Source of the DNA: a virus
IMG/VR virus record: IMGVR_UViG_3300016469_000571
Coordinates: 1 to 64,000 of that record
DNA length: 64,000 nucleotides
Strand: one strand, 5' to 3'
Position 1 is the stretch's first letter. Every line of letters begins with the position of its first letter. Shown in pieces: positions 9,771 to 19,127 of the stretch. The position numbers and the translations under genes are program-made. Under the pieces are notes generated by a model. The model had not been told where the DNA came from, did not search any database, and saw only the letters and a list, made by a program, of their open reading frames with translations.

Positions 9771-10221
9771 AAAACCTTAATATAAAAGTAGGAATCATTT
9801 TTAATTTTTTGTACTTATCAAAAGTATCCTTGTTTAAGGATTTGATATTTGATATTTTTTTTCTACAATTAAAAGACTTGCAATTGCAATCAAAACAATA
9901 ATCTGATTTTATTATAGTTGAATAATCAAAAGTTATTTCTTCGTCTGGTTTTATTGTTTTGATTGAATATAAAAAAGCTCTTGTGTTTACTATTTCTATT
10001 CTTGAATTTGGATTGCATGAATGATTAATATCATCATCATATTCTCCAGATGGTCCTATGTATTTATTATTTGGTAAATCCAAAACTAAATTCTCTGGAT
10101 AACTTTTGTCTCCAGAGAATATTATTCCTTTAAACTCAAGAATAGGAATATCTTTTTCTATCTTTGATTTTGTATATATTTTATTGTTTTTCTTATATAG
10201 ATTAAAAAGTAAAATATTCAT
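9763..10221 (-). CDS. SET-domain protein (lysine methyltransferase-like) with post-SET cysteines
   Basis: INHSCNPN, EEITFDY, CNCKSFNCR. Confidence 0.9.
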   Translation of the reverse strand: MNILLFNLYKKNNKIYTKSKIEKDIPILEFKGIIFSGDKSYPENLVLDLPNNKYIGPSGEYDDDINHSCNPNSRIEIVNTRAFLYSIKTIKPDEEITFDYSTIIKSDYCFDCNCKSFNCRKKISNIKSLNKDTFDKYKKLKMIPTFILRFYE

Positions 10222-10445
10222 ATTAATGATTTTGCTTTATGTAACATAAAAGTCCCATAACTATATATTTTTGCAAATATATTTTTTTTCTTTTTTACTT
10301 TGTATTCTATTTTAACTGGAATTTTATATTTTAATAATTTATTAATATCTTCTAATTCTTCTTCAGAATCTACAAGAACTTCATATTTAAAAATAGCAGG
10401 GACTTCTGCTTCTATTAATATTGTATACTTTTTTTTATTTTTCAT
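10218..10445 (-). CDS. Small hypothetical protein
   Basis: 75 aa; overlaps both neighbours in operon fashion. Confidence 0.55.
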   Translation of the reverse strand: MKNKKKYTILIEAEVPAIFKYEVLVDSEEELEDINKLLKYKIPVKIEYKVKKKKNIFAKIYSYGTFMLHKAKSLI

Positions 10446-11028
10446 ATAACTCTTTAAACCTATCTAAAAATGCAGTCTTAGATGCTTCAGGAGATAATGG
10501 ATTAATTCTAAATGGCAATGGATTTACTTGATGTCTCCAATCTTTATGAAATCCATTAAATAGATCTCTTGATTCAGTCGCAAGAAGAATCTTGTCTGCT
10601 TGTTTTACAGATTCAGGTTCTTCTTGAGATAATCCAAACTTTAAATAAATTAAATCTTGTAGCTTCTTTTCAAACTTTTTATAAGCTTCAAACTCTCCAG
10701 ATTCTTTTAATGGTTTTGGTATGTCAACCAAATAAGCTTCGCTTGCATCATGCAATAAACCATGCAACGCATCTTTAAAATCACAAATATATGAAACCAA
10801 CAATGAATGATTTGAAACTGAATAGAATCTATTTATATGACCTGAAAACCTACATTGGTTTGATAATGCATGGGCAATATCTTCTATGCAAATATCATCT
10901 ATATGTGGATCTAATGGATAAAACTTTTTCAAAGTAAATGTCTGAATCCAAGCTGGTTTCTTTGTACTATCATACAGATCATCCATTTCTTTTATTGTTA
11001 AATTAAAATCTGATTTAATAAATTTCAT
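10435..11028 (-). CDS. HD-domain 5'-deoxynucleotidase (YfbR-like)
   Basis: DIAHALSNQCRFSGH, YSVSNHS, LLHDASEAY, ADKILL. Confidence 0.88.
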   Translation of the reverse strand: MKFIKSDFNLTIKEMDDLYDSTKKPAWIQTFTLKKFYPLDPHIDDICIEDIAHALSNQCRFSGHINRFYSVSNHSLLVSYICDFKDALHGLLHDASEAYLVDIPKPLKESGEFEAYKKFEKKLQDLIYLKFGLSQEEPESVKQADKILLATESRDLFNGFHKDWRHQVNPLPFRINPLSPEASKTAFLDRFKELYEK

Positions 11029-11510
11029 TTGACCCCTGTTGAACCGAATCCTCCGGTTCTTTTTGAATTTCTATTTTTAATTAATAAATCCAACTCTTCA
11101 TTGGTAGACTCTTCTATATTCATTCTTTGAAGTTTATATGGTACCAATTGACCAATCAAATCTCCAAATTCAATTTTATTGAATTTTTGCGTATTGCTTA
11201 GAAATTTTCCTACTAAATGAACTTCTCCTGGAAATGACTGATCTATAATACCTACCAAAGTAATTAACTCTCTTTTTAAAAAAGTAGAGCTTCTTGGATT
11301 TAATTCTAACCACCAACCATCTGGGCAATATACTCTAAATCCAAGAGGTATTTTAAATATACCTCCATGAGTCAATACTACTCCATCAGTTTGAGCGCAT
11401 CTTACGTCATATCCAGTAGCATCTGGTTCTGATTGCTTAGGTAAAAATTCTTTGTTTGTTTTTAAATCTTCTCGTAATGCAAATTTATAATTTGGTAAAC
11501 CTTCGTTCAT
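11025..11510 (-). CDS. dut: Trimeric dUTPase
   Basis: ATGYDV, PRSS, GIIDQSFPGE, GQL, RTGGFGSTG motifs. Confidence 0.92.
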   Translation of the reverse strand: MNEGLPNYKFALREDLKTNKEFLPKQSEPDATGYDVRCAQTDGVVLTHGGIFKIPLGFRVYCPDGWWLELNPRSSTFLKRELITLVGIIDQSFPGEVHLVGKFLSNTQKFNKIEFGDLIGQLVPYKLQRMNIEESTNEELDLLIKNRNSKRTGGFGSTGVK

Positions 11511-11535
11511 ACTTACACTCTAAATATTTTAATTT

Positions 11536-12717
11536 TTAAGTCAATCCTTTCAAATAATTATTTATTTTGGCAAGCAAATTATTTTCTTTTTGTTCTATTT
11601 TAGGAGCGTTGGTTTGAGCAGGAGCTTTTGTAACCTTTTCAGCTTGATCTGCTTTTATAAAAACCGAAACTCCTTTATGCCAGCCGATTGGTCCTCCTTT
11701 AAATCCTGGTGGGTGATAATGGGGTTCTAATTTAAACATATATGTTTTGCCATCAATTTCTTCTATAATTGAATCGCCCATATTTCTTGATAATAAAGAT
11801 TTAGCCTTAGAAGTTACGGCAGATGGCACCCTGCCCTGTAACCTCAAAAATCCATTGATAGATTCTGTAGGTTTAACTGTAGAAATGTCTGGTTTATCTT
11901 TTGGACTCACCTTCTCTTCGTATGAGGTGCTTAATAGTCTTTCATAAGAAATTAAATTATGAGTCTCTGGGTCTTTTAAAACTGTAGAAATATCAACTAT
12001 AGACTGAATCCCATTTTTTGTAAGCTTGCATTGTTTGTCAATTAAACGGACAGAGTGCGAATAATCAAAATAAGCAGCCTCATGAAAGGTTGATTCTGGT
12101 TGAATTGGTTTTCCATTTGAAATATGCCAACCATAAATATTTACTCTATCTGGCTTATTAACTATTTTATTTCCAATAACTACGTCTTTTTTTATTCCGG
12201 CTACTAAATCTCCTGGTTTATGATTCAATCTTTTTAATTGTCTTTCAATCATTCTATTATGTTCTTCTAAAGAATCTGCATGTTGCATTTTTTGATTAAT
12301 AAATTCTTGACCTGTATATCTTTTACCAGATACAGTAGCACCTCCTGACATTGGAGCAGGAGTTGCTTTTGTTTTTGCTTGCTCATATATTTGATCTACC
12401 ATTTTTTTTGTAGGCAAAATACATCCAAACATATTTGCAATTGCTTGAGAAGTTGGTGCATCGCAAGAAATTCTAATATAATCTGTATCTGATCCAATAG
12501 CTATATAATCTGGAGAACAATAATAAGTTAAAGACATATTTTTATCTTTAATTGTAATAGGTACAAATTTTCTTAAGAAAGAAGGTATGTTACCAGCTTT
12601 TAATTGCTCCAATATTAATTCATTTCTTTTTGGAGAGCCAGATTTAAATGCAGATATTTGTTGTATAAATTGGGAGCCAGTTATAGCGTCTGGTTTTCTT
12701 GATGGAAAATTAGCCAT
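11536..12717 (-). CDS. Conserved unknown-function protein (LPTKKMVDQI / IYGWH / DYSH domain) with an extra C-terminal EPHYH...GWHKG domain
   Basis: Clear paralog of 16426-17157. Confidence 0.7.
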   Translation of the reverse strand: MANFPSRKPDAITGSQFIQQISAFKSGSPKRNELILEQLKAGNIPSFLRKFVPITIKDKNMSLTYYCSPDYIAIGSDTDYIRISCDAPTSQAIANMFGCILPTKKMVDQIYEQAKTKATPAPMSGGATVSGKRYTGQEFINQKMQHADSLEEHNRMIERQLKRLNHKPGDLVAGIKKDVVIGNKIVNKPDRVNIYGWHISNGKPIQPESTFHEAAYFDYSHSVRLIDKQCKLTKNGIQSIVDISTVLKDPETHNLISYERLLSTSYEEKVSPKDKPDISTVKPTESINGFLRLQGRVPSAVTSKAKSLLSRNMGDSIIEEIDGKTYMFKLEPHYHPPGFKGGPIGWHKGVSVFIKADQAEKVTKAPAQTNAPKIEQKENNLLAKINNYLKGLT

Positions 12718-12745
12718 ACAAATATCTTTATTTATTATTTAAACA

Positions 12746-13603
12746 TTATTTATCAAATAATAATCTTTTTATATAATTTTGGCTTATATTAAATAATTGA
12801 AATAATTCTTTTATAGTTAATCCAATAGAATATAATCTTTGAATTTCAAACAAATCACAATTTTCTTTTAATTGAATAAAAGCTTTTTCTCTTTTTATTT
12901 TAGAGAAATTACAATTGCATATTTTGCAAATAGAATCATGCCCACATACTAGGTTTTTATTTCTATAAAAATCACTTAATGGTTTATGAACTTTACATAA
13001 GGTACAATTTTTTGAATTTAATATTTGTTTTTCTTTTTTTATTATATTAGTTATTATATTTGAATCTTTATAAGTTTTATTATTTAATAAATTTTTTAAA
13101 GCTTGATTTCCTATACTATATTTTTTACATATATACTTCTCATCAAAGTTATTAGAGTTATACAACTGTTTTATTTCTATAGCCTGCTCTAAAGTTAACT
13201 TTCTAACTGAGTAATTAGGTTTATTTTTATGAGAGTTTTTCATTTTAAGAATAGATTCTTGTTTAAACTTAAATCCTTTTCTTTTATTAGAAATTTTAAT
13301 CTTAGATTCTTTAGAATGTTTAGGTTTTAAACCTCCAGAATTTAAATTATAGCCATTAATATTGCTAGCAAATAACTTAATATAATATTCTTCTAATTGA
13401 TAAATTATATTTTCATTTTCATGAAAATCAAGCATGATATATTCAAAATTATCTTTTCCATATTTTTTAATAGCTTTGTGAATAGCAAAGTTGCTTTTGT
13501 TAGAAAAATAAATATGTTGTTTATATCTTGCACTAAGATTTTTAGTTTTGCCTATATAGATTTTGCTATTTAATTTATTAAAGAAAGCATAAATATAAAA
13601 CAT
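12746..13603 (-). CDS. GIY-YIG homing endonuclease with NUMOD3-like, zinc-finger and HTH modules
   Basis: YIYAF...IYIGKT, Arg and Glu residues, GYNL; HSKESKIKIS; CxxC...CxxC. Confidence 0.88.
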   Translation of the reverse strand: MFYIYAFFNKLNSKIYIGKTKNLSARYKQHIYFSNKSNFAIHKAIKKYGKDNFEYIMLDFHENENIIYQLEEYYIKLFASNINGYNLNSGGLKPKHSKESKIKISNKRKGFKFKQESILKMKNSHKNKPNYSVRKLTLEQAIEIKQLYNSNNFDEKYICKKYSIGNQALKNLLNNKTYKDSNIITNIIKKEKQILNSKNCTLCKVHKPLSDFYRNKNLVCGHDSICKICNCNFSKIKREKAFIQLKENCDLFEIQRLYSIGLTIKELFQLFNISQNYIKRLLFDK

Positions 13604-15447
13604 ATTTATATGTAAATATTATAATTTAGTTTGTCAATTCTTGATTGAATAAATAAATTCATAAGATTTTACTAAATTATCCATTGTTTTAAATTCCTGT
13701 TCTGAAACAAATGATCTTATTTTTCCTAAGATTTGTTTTGATGGGTAAGTCATTTTTTCTATATCACCCACATTAGATGCTTTATTTTGCTCTCTTAATT
13801 TTTGAACTTCCATAACCAAAGAGTAAGATTTTTTTAAGAAATTAATAGAGCCTTTATTTATTTTATTTAAAATATCTTTAATAAAAACATCTCTTTTTTC
13901 TCTTGGTAATGTTGCTAATGGAGAGGCAATTTCTCCAACTTTTGAAGCTTCAAAGTTTAAAGAATCTATTATTTGATTTAATCTAGGTTTTTGTTTTGTA
14001 TATAAAGCATCTGGATCTGAAAATGTTATGTTTTCTTTTGGTCCATAATAAATTAATTGTTCTTGAAACATATCGCTTCTAACTTTGTCTATTTTCTTCT
14101 GTTCTGAATATTCCTGAACTACTTGTAAACTTCTTTGAATCGAACCAGCTATTGCATCTATATTACTTAGCTGTTGCTCAATTATATATAATTTTCTATT
14201 TTCTGGAAATGATAAATTATTATTTTTATTAAAATCTGATTGGTAATTATTTCTTATATAATTTATAATTTTATTGTAATGACTTACAAGAGAGTCAGGA
14301 TTGTTCTCACTAAACATATTTGGATTAAATTGAATTCCTGATTTTTTGTTATAGTTTCTATCAATTATGTTTAAATTCTCATTCATATTTTCTACTGCAT
14401 TTAATAATGCAAGATAATTTCTTATATAAGATTGAAAAGATATTTCTTCTGGTCTATACTCTCTTTGAGCTTCGTATAATTCTTGAGCTATTTTTATAAA
14501 AACGTTCATGTTTTTATATTTACTTATTCAAATAAAATTCTTCTCAAGCTAGATTTATTAATTTTATGCAAAGTGCAAATATCTTTTAATTTTACTCCGT
14601 ATTGATACAGTCTAAATATCTCATACAAATCATATTCTTTTTTTTTAAATTTTCTTATACTTCTTATATAAGAAATTTTTAATCCAGTTAATTCTTTTAG
14701 TTTTTTTGTACTCAAATCAGAACTTAATATAAAATCTTTTGTAAATTTATTTATATTATTATATTTATGAAATGAACTATTATCACCTATAATAGCTAAT
14801 ATTATATTTAGTTTTATATTTAAATTTTTAGCTATTAATTTAGAACTCAATCCAGAATTCCACAATTCTAAAACCTTATCTTTGTTATTATTTATTAAAT
14901 TATTTTTTCTTATATTATAGAAATTATAATTACATTTTTTACAAATAGAATCTCTTTCACAAAGCATTGATTTGTTTTTATAAAAATCATTTATACATTT
15001 TATTTCAAAACACATAGAGCATTTTTTATATTCTAATTTTATTCTTTGTTTTTTAATTTTTGTTCTTTTTAATTTAGTTATAATATTTAATTCTTTATAA
15101 GTTTTATTATTTAATAAATTATATAAGGCTTGTTTTTTAATATTAAATTTATTACAAATATAATCAAAATTAAAATTATTAGAATTGTATAATAATTTTA
15201 TTTCTCTTGCTTGATCTAAAGTTAATCTTCTAGAAGAATAATTCGGATTTTCTTTATGAGAGTTTTTCATTTTAAGAATAGACTCTTGTTTAAACTTAAA
15301 TCCTTTTCTTTTATTAGAAATTTTAATCTTAGATTCTTTAGAATGTTTAGGTTTTAAACCTCCAGAATTTAAATTATAACCATTAATATTGCTAGCAAAT
15401 AACTTAATATAATATTCTTCTAATTGATAAATTATATTTTCATTTTC
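13226..15447. repeat. 195-bp near-identical direct repeat (13226-13420 and 15253-15447) inside two GIY-YIG genes
   Basis: Two mismatches by manual alignment; encodes the identical peptide ENENIIYQLEE...KMKNSHK. Confidence 0.9.
13634..14509 (-). CDS. Hypothetical protein (N-terminal KIAQ)
   Basis: 291-aa ORF between two endonuclease genes. Confidence 0.65.
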   Translation of the reverse strand: MNVFIKIAQELYEAQREYRPEEISFQSYIRNYLALLNAVENMNENLNIIDRNYNKKSGIQFNPNMFSENNPDSLVSHYNKIINYIRNNYQSDFNKNNNLSFPENRKLYIIEQQLSNIDAIAGSIQRSLQVVQEYSEQKKIDKVRSDMFQEQLIYYGPKENITFSDPDALYTKQKPRLNQIIDSLNFEASKVGEIASPLATLPREKRDVFIKDILNKINKGSINFLKKSYSLVMEVQKLREQNKASNVGDIEKMTYPSKQILGKIRSFVSEQEFKTMDNLVKSYEFIYSIKN

Positions 15448-15636
15448 GTCATAATCAAGCATAATATATTCAAAATTATTTGAACCATATTTTTTAATAG
15501 CTTTATGAATAGCAAAATGATCTTTTTTATTATTTACATTATATAAATGTTGTTTATATCTTTTTTCTAAATTATTAGTTTTACCTATATAAATCTTATT
15601 ATTTAATTTATTAACGAATGCGTATATATAAAACAT
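14524..15636 (-). CDS. GIY-YIG homing endonuclease with several DNA-binding modules
   Basis: YIYAF...IYIGKT, GYNL; paralog of 12746-13603. Confidence 0.88.
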   Translation of the reverse strand: MFYIYAFVNKLNNKIYIGKTNNLEKRYKQHLYNVNNKKDHFAIHKAIKKYGSNNFEYIMLDYDENENIIYQLEEYYIKLFASNINGYNLNSGGLKPKHSKESKIKISNKRKGFKFKQESILKMKNSHKENPNYSSRRLTLDQAREIKLLYNSNNFNFDYICNKFNIKKQALYNLLNNKTYKELNIITKLKRTKIKKQRIKLEYKKCSMCFEIKCINDFYKNKSMLCERDSICKKCNYNFYNIRKNNLINNNKDKVLELWNSGLSSKLIAKNLNIKLNIILAIIGDNSSFHKYNNINKFTKDFILSSDLSTKKLKELTGLKISYIRSIRKFKKKEYDLYEIFRLYQYGVKLKDICTLHKINKSSLRRILFE

Positions 15637-15685
15637 TCTATTAAAAATAAGTATAAAAAGCTTGTTGTCAACATTAATATTATAT

Positions 15686-16425
15686 TTATTTATTAAATAA
15701 TAATCTTTTTACTGAAGTTTGACTTATATTAAATATATCTGACAAATCTTTTAATGTGCTTCCATAAGAATACATTTTTTGTAATTCAAAGATAATACTA
15801 TAATTTATAATTTTTTTTCTTTAGATTTAATTTTTTTACGAAAACATTTAATACATCTACCAGATAATCCTACTTTTGTTTTTACATTATAAAAATTATT
15901 AAATGGTAAATATTTTAAGCAAAGAATACATTTTTTAAGACAATTATCTATATCTTTATATGTTTTTTCTGTAGGAAAAATTCCTTTATAAAGATTATAA
16001 TTTAATATTTTTTTTGCTAAGCTTTTTTTAATTTTAAATTTACTCTCTAAATAAGAATAATTAATTGGAATAGATTTGTTTTTACAATATATTTTATAAT
16101 TTCTTATCTCAATAATTTCATTTTTAGATAATTTACCTTGTTTTTTAGGTGGTTTATCTCCGCCATCAGCTATATTATAGCCATACAGTTTATTATTTGA
16201 ATTAAAATGTCTTATATAATATTTTTCTAATTCATAAGAATATGATTCATTACTTACTTCATGTAAAATGTGAAAGTAAAAATTACTTATTGTATGTTTT
16301 TTTATAGCATATGAAATACATGAGTTGCCTTTTAAGTGTTGTTTAAATCTTCTATTTAAATCAGAAGTTTTACCTATATAAACTTTATTATTGATTAAGT
16401 TAATAAACATATAAATATAAAACAT
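15686..16425 (-). CDS. GIY-YIG endonuclease; C-terminal HTH lies in the -1 frame after an A8 run
   Basis: Zero-frame ORF 16425-15805; the -1 frame continues ...IFELQKMYSYGSTLKDLSDIFNISQTSVKRLLFNK to the stop at 15686, matching the paralog C-termini. Confidence 0.8.
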
Positions 16426-17157
16426 TTAATATTTAGTAAAAGTTAATTTCCCTTCATCTGATAATAAATATGATTTATCGGAAGTCAATACTTCTAAAAT
16501 ATCTAAAACTTTTCCATTTAATGTACAATCTCTTGAAACAATTCTAATTCCATGAGAATAATCATAGTAGAAGTCTCTTTCATGTGAGGAGGCATTAACT
16601 CCTGGTCCTTGAATTGGTTTTCCATCTAATCCATGCCAACCATAAATCGCTACTCTTTTATTCGGATTATTTGGGGATAATTTATTTGTTAGAACTACGT
16701 CTTTTTTGTGACCCGCAAGCAAGGCATCCTTGGTCTTGTTGGATAAAAACTGTTGAATTAGCTCAGAATTCTTTAGAATTTCTCTCATAGAGTACATGCT
16801 TGCATCATAGGGTGGGCTCTTTGTAAATTGTTTAACTTTAATTTCGGCTTGTTGCCAAATTTGGTCAACCATTTTTTTTGTTGGCAAGGTGCAATAAAAT
16901 TCATCCATAAATTTTTGCGCTCTATTTGCAGATAATGGTACAATTACATCATCAAAAGACAAATAATCATTGCTAACCAAATAAGTTAGTTCATCACCTT
17001 TTTCTTTTATTACAATTGGTTTAAAATTGTTTAAAGAGGTTTTATTATCAATTGCATACTTTAAGCACAATTCATCTCTTTTAATAAAATCTTGATTAGA
17101 GATTGAGTTTAAAAAATCTTTTCCATTCATACCAACATACTTAAATAAATAATACAT
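16426..17157 (-). CDS. Conserved unknown-function protein, paralog of 11536-12717
   Basis: LPTKKMVDQIW, AGHKKDVV, IYGWH, GKPIQ, DYSHGIR shared with the paralog. Confidence 0.7.
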   Translation of the reverse strand: MYYLFKYVGMNGKDFLNSISNQDFIKRDELCLKYAIDNKTSLNNFKPIVIKEKGDELTYLVSNDYLSFDDVIVPLSANRAQKFMDEFYCTLPTKKMVDQIWQQAEIKVKQFTKSPPYDASMYSMREILKNSELIQQFLSNKTKDALLAGHKKDVVLTNKLSPNNPNKRVAIYGWHGLDGKPIQGPGVNASSHERDFYYDYSHGIRIVSRDCTLNGKVLDILEVLTSDKSYLLSDEGKLTFTKY

Positions 17158-17193
17158 TGAATTATATTCATATCACTCCAATGTTATTTATTT

Positions 17194-18168
17194 ATGATAA
17201 TAAAAATATCTCAATTAGCTTTTCAAAAAATAAAAGAAGAATTAAATCATAAATCACCAGCAAAAACATTATTTGATCAAGATTCTTTAGATTTTGATTT
17301 AAATGCAAAAAGAATTCTAGAAAAAAGATTTGGTTTAACCGAAAATAATTATATTGCTAAAGGATTGTTTAATCTTGTTTATTTAAAAGATGGTTTAATA
17401 TATAAATTTACAAGAAATAGATCTGATCTATTAAAATCAGTTGGTTTAAATTCATTAAAAAACCAAGTTCCTGAAAAATATAAAAAGCATATAATGCAAA
17501 TAGAAGATTTTGGATATGATAAAGATGCAAAAGCTTATTATTTAATATGTGAAAATCTACAACCATTAAATCAAATGGAAAAGAGTATTTTCTTAGGAAA
17601 TGAAACTTTTCATGAGCAAAACTTTGTTTCAAGTTTGTTAATTACAGAATCTAATTATAATAGAATTATTGATGTTATTGTTAATAACTTATTAACAAAA
17701 GATAATTTAGAATATATTCAAAGTTTAAAAACAGTTAATTCTTTAAAAGCTAATTTAATGACTAAAATAACTCAAAGAGTAAATGAATTAGATTTTGGTA
17801 GGACTGATTTTGGAAAACTTAAAAAAGAAGAAAAGAAAAATAAGTTAGTAGATAATAGTAGATTGTTTAGCAGCACTATTATATCAAGTATAGTTTCTTT
17901 TTTAAAAGATACATTCAGAATTAAATTAAATATAAATTTTATAAAAGCAATAGATGAAATAGCAAAGATTTATTTATTAAACAATAGATTTCCTCAAAGA
18001 CATAAATTAAAATATCAACATTACAATAGGCTGGGAAAAGACTTGTTAGAATTTTTAGATTATTTAAAATCACATAATATATTTTTCAATGATACTCATA
18101 CGGGAAATATTATGAAAAGAGGAGATGATTATGTATTATCTGATGTAGGATTGTTTGAGTTTGAATAA
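17194..18168 (+). CDS. Protein kinase-like protein
   Basis: IAKGLFNLVY, IYKFT, DTHTGNIM (DxxxxN), SDVG. Confidence 0.7.
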   Translation: MIIKISQLAFQKIKEELNHKSPAKTLFDQDSLDFDLNAKRILEKRFGLTENNYIAKGLFNLVYLKDGLIYKFTRNRSDLLKSVGLNSLKNQVPEKYKKHIMQIEDFGYDKDAKAYYLICENLQPLNQMEKSIFLGNETFHEQNFVSSLLITESNYNRIIDVIVNNLLTKDNLEYIQSLKTVNSLKANLMTKITQRVNELDFGRTDFGKLKKEEKKNKLVDNSRLFSSTIISSIVSFLKDTFRIKLNINFIKAIDEIAKIYLLNNRFPQRHKLKYQHYNRLGKDLLEFLDYLKSHNIFFNDTHTGNIMKRGDDYVLSDVGLFEFE

Positions 18169-18185
18169 TATAAAAATATAATTTT

Positions 18186-19124
18186 ATGTTAATAAAATTA
18201 TCTCAAGATACATTAAGTAGAATTAAGAATGAATTATTAGAGCCAAATATAACTTATGAAGAGCCAGATTCTTTTAAAAATGAATTAGAAAATTTAATAG
18301 GTGATGAATTTAAATTTATTGATTCTGGAGCTTTTAGTTTAACTTATGAAAAAGATGGCTTAATATTTAAATTTACTGAGACTAAAAAAGATGTTTTAAA
18401 AACAAAATTATTTCATGAAATAGCAAATAAATTGCCAGAAAAATATCAGAAATATGTTATGTATGTTGATGATATAGGTAGTTTTAAATTAAATGAAAAA
18501 ACAATATATTATGTGGTTACAGAAAAATTATATCCATTAGGAGGATTAACTGTTAATAGAATTTTTGGTATAGAAATTTATGATAAAAATAAATATTTTG
18601 CTAATGCATTAAAATCATTTATTACTCAAAATAATTTTAATAAAATTATTGATTTATTTAGTCAATATATAAAAGATAAATCAAAAACAGATGAGGTTGA
18701 TCAATTAAAATATAATAGAGCTGGTCGAGATGTTATGAACAGTATAATAAGAGATTTTGATGATGTTGATTCGTCAAAATCAAAAGTCAATCCTGTTCAT
18801 TATTTTGCACATATAATTACTTCTAAATTAAAAATATTAAATATAAATTTTGATGACTACGCATTTCAAAAAGAATTAATTGAATTCTTTTATAAAACAA
18901 AAATAGGTTTTCCATCAAATTATAATTATTTAGAATATATGACCAAAAAACATGGTATAGAAAATATAAATAAGTTAGAAACTATTGAATTTATTGAATT
19001 TTTAAAATACTTAAAAGAAAAATTTAATGTTATTTTTGATGATTTGTTTAATAAAAATATAATGATGAGAAAAAATGGAGATTTGGTAATTTGTGATGTT
19101 GGCACATTTGAATTTAATGAATAA
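18186..19124 (+). CDS. Protein kinase-like protein (tandem paralog)
   Basis: IDSGAFSLTY, IFKFT, VTEKL, DLFNKNIM, CDVG. Confidence 0.7.
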   Translation: MLIKLSQDTLSRIKNELLEPNITYEEPDSFKNELENLIGDEFKFIDSGAFSLTYEKDGLIFKFTETKKDVLKTKLFHEIANKLPEKYQKYVMYVDDIGSFKLNEKTIYYVVTEKLYPLGGLTVNRIFGIEIYDKNKYFANALKSFITQNNFNKIIDLFSQYIKDKSKTDEVDQLKYNRAGRDVMNSIIRDFDDVDSSKSKVNPVHYFAHIITSKLKILNINFDDYAFQKELIEFFYKTKIGFPSNYNYLEYMTKKHGIENINKLETIEFIEFLKYLKEKFNVIFDDLFNKNIMMRKNGDLVICDVGTFEFNE

Positions 19125-19127
19125 TAT

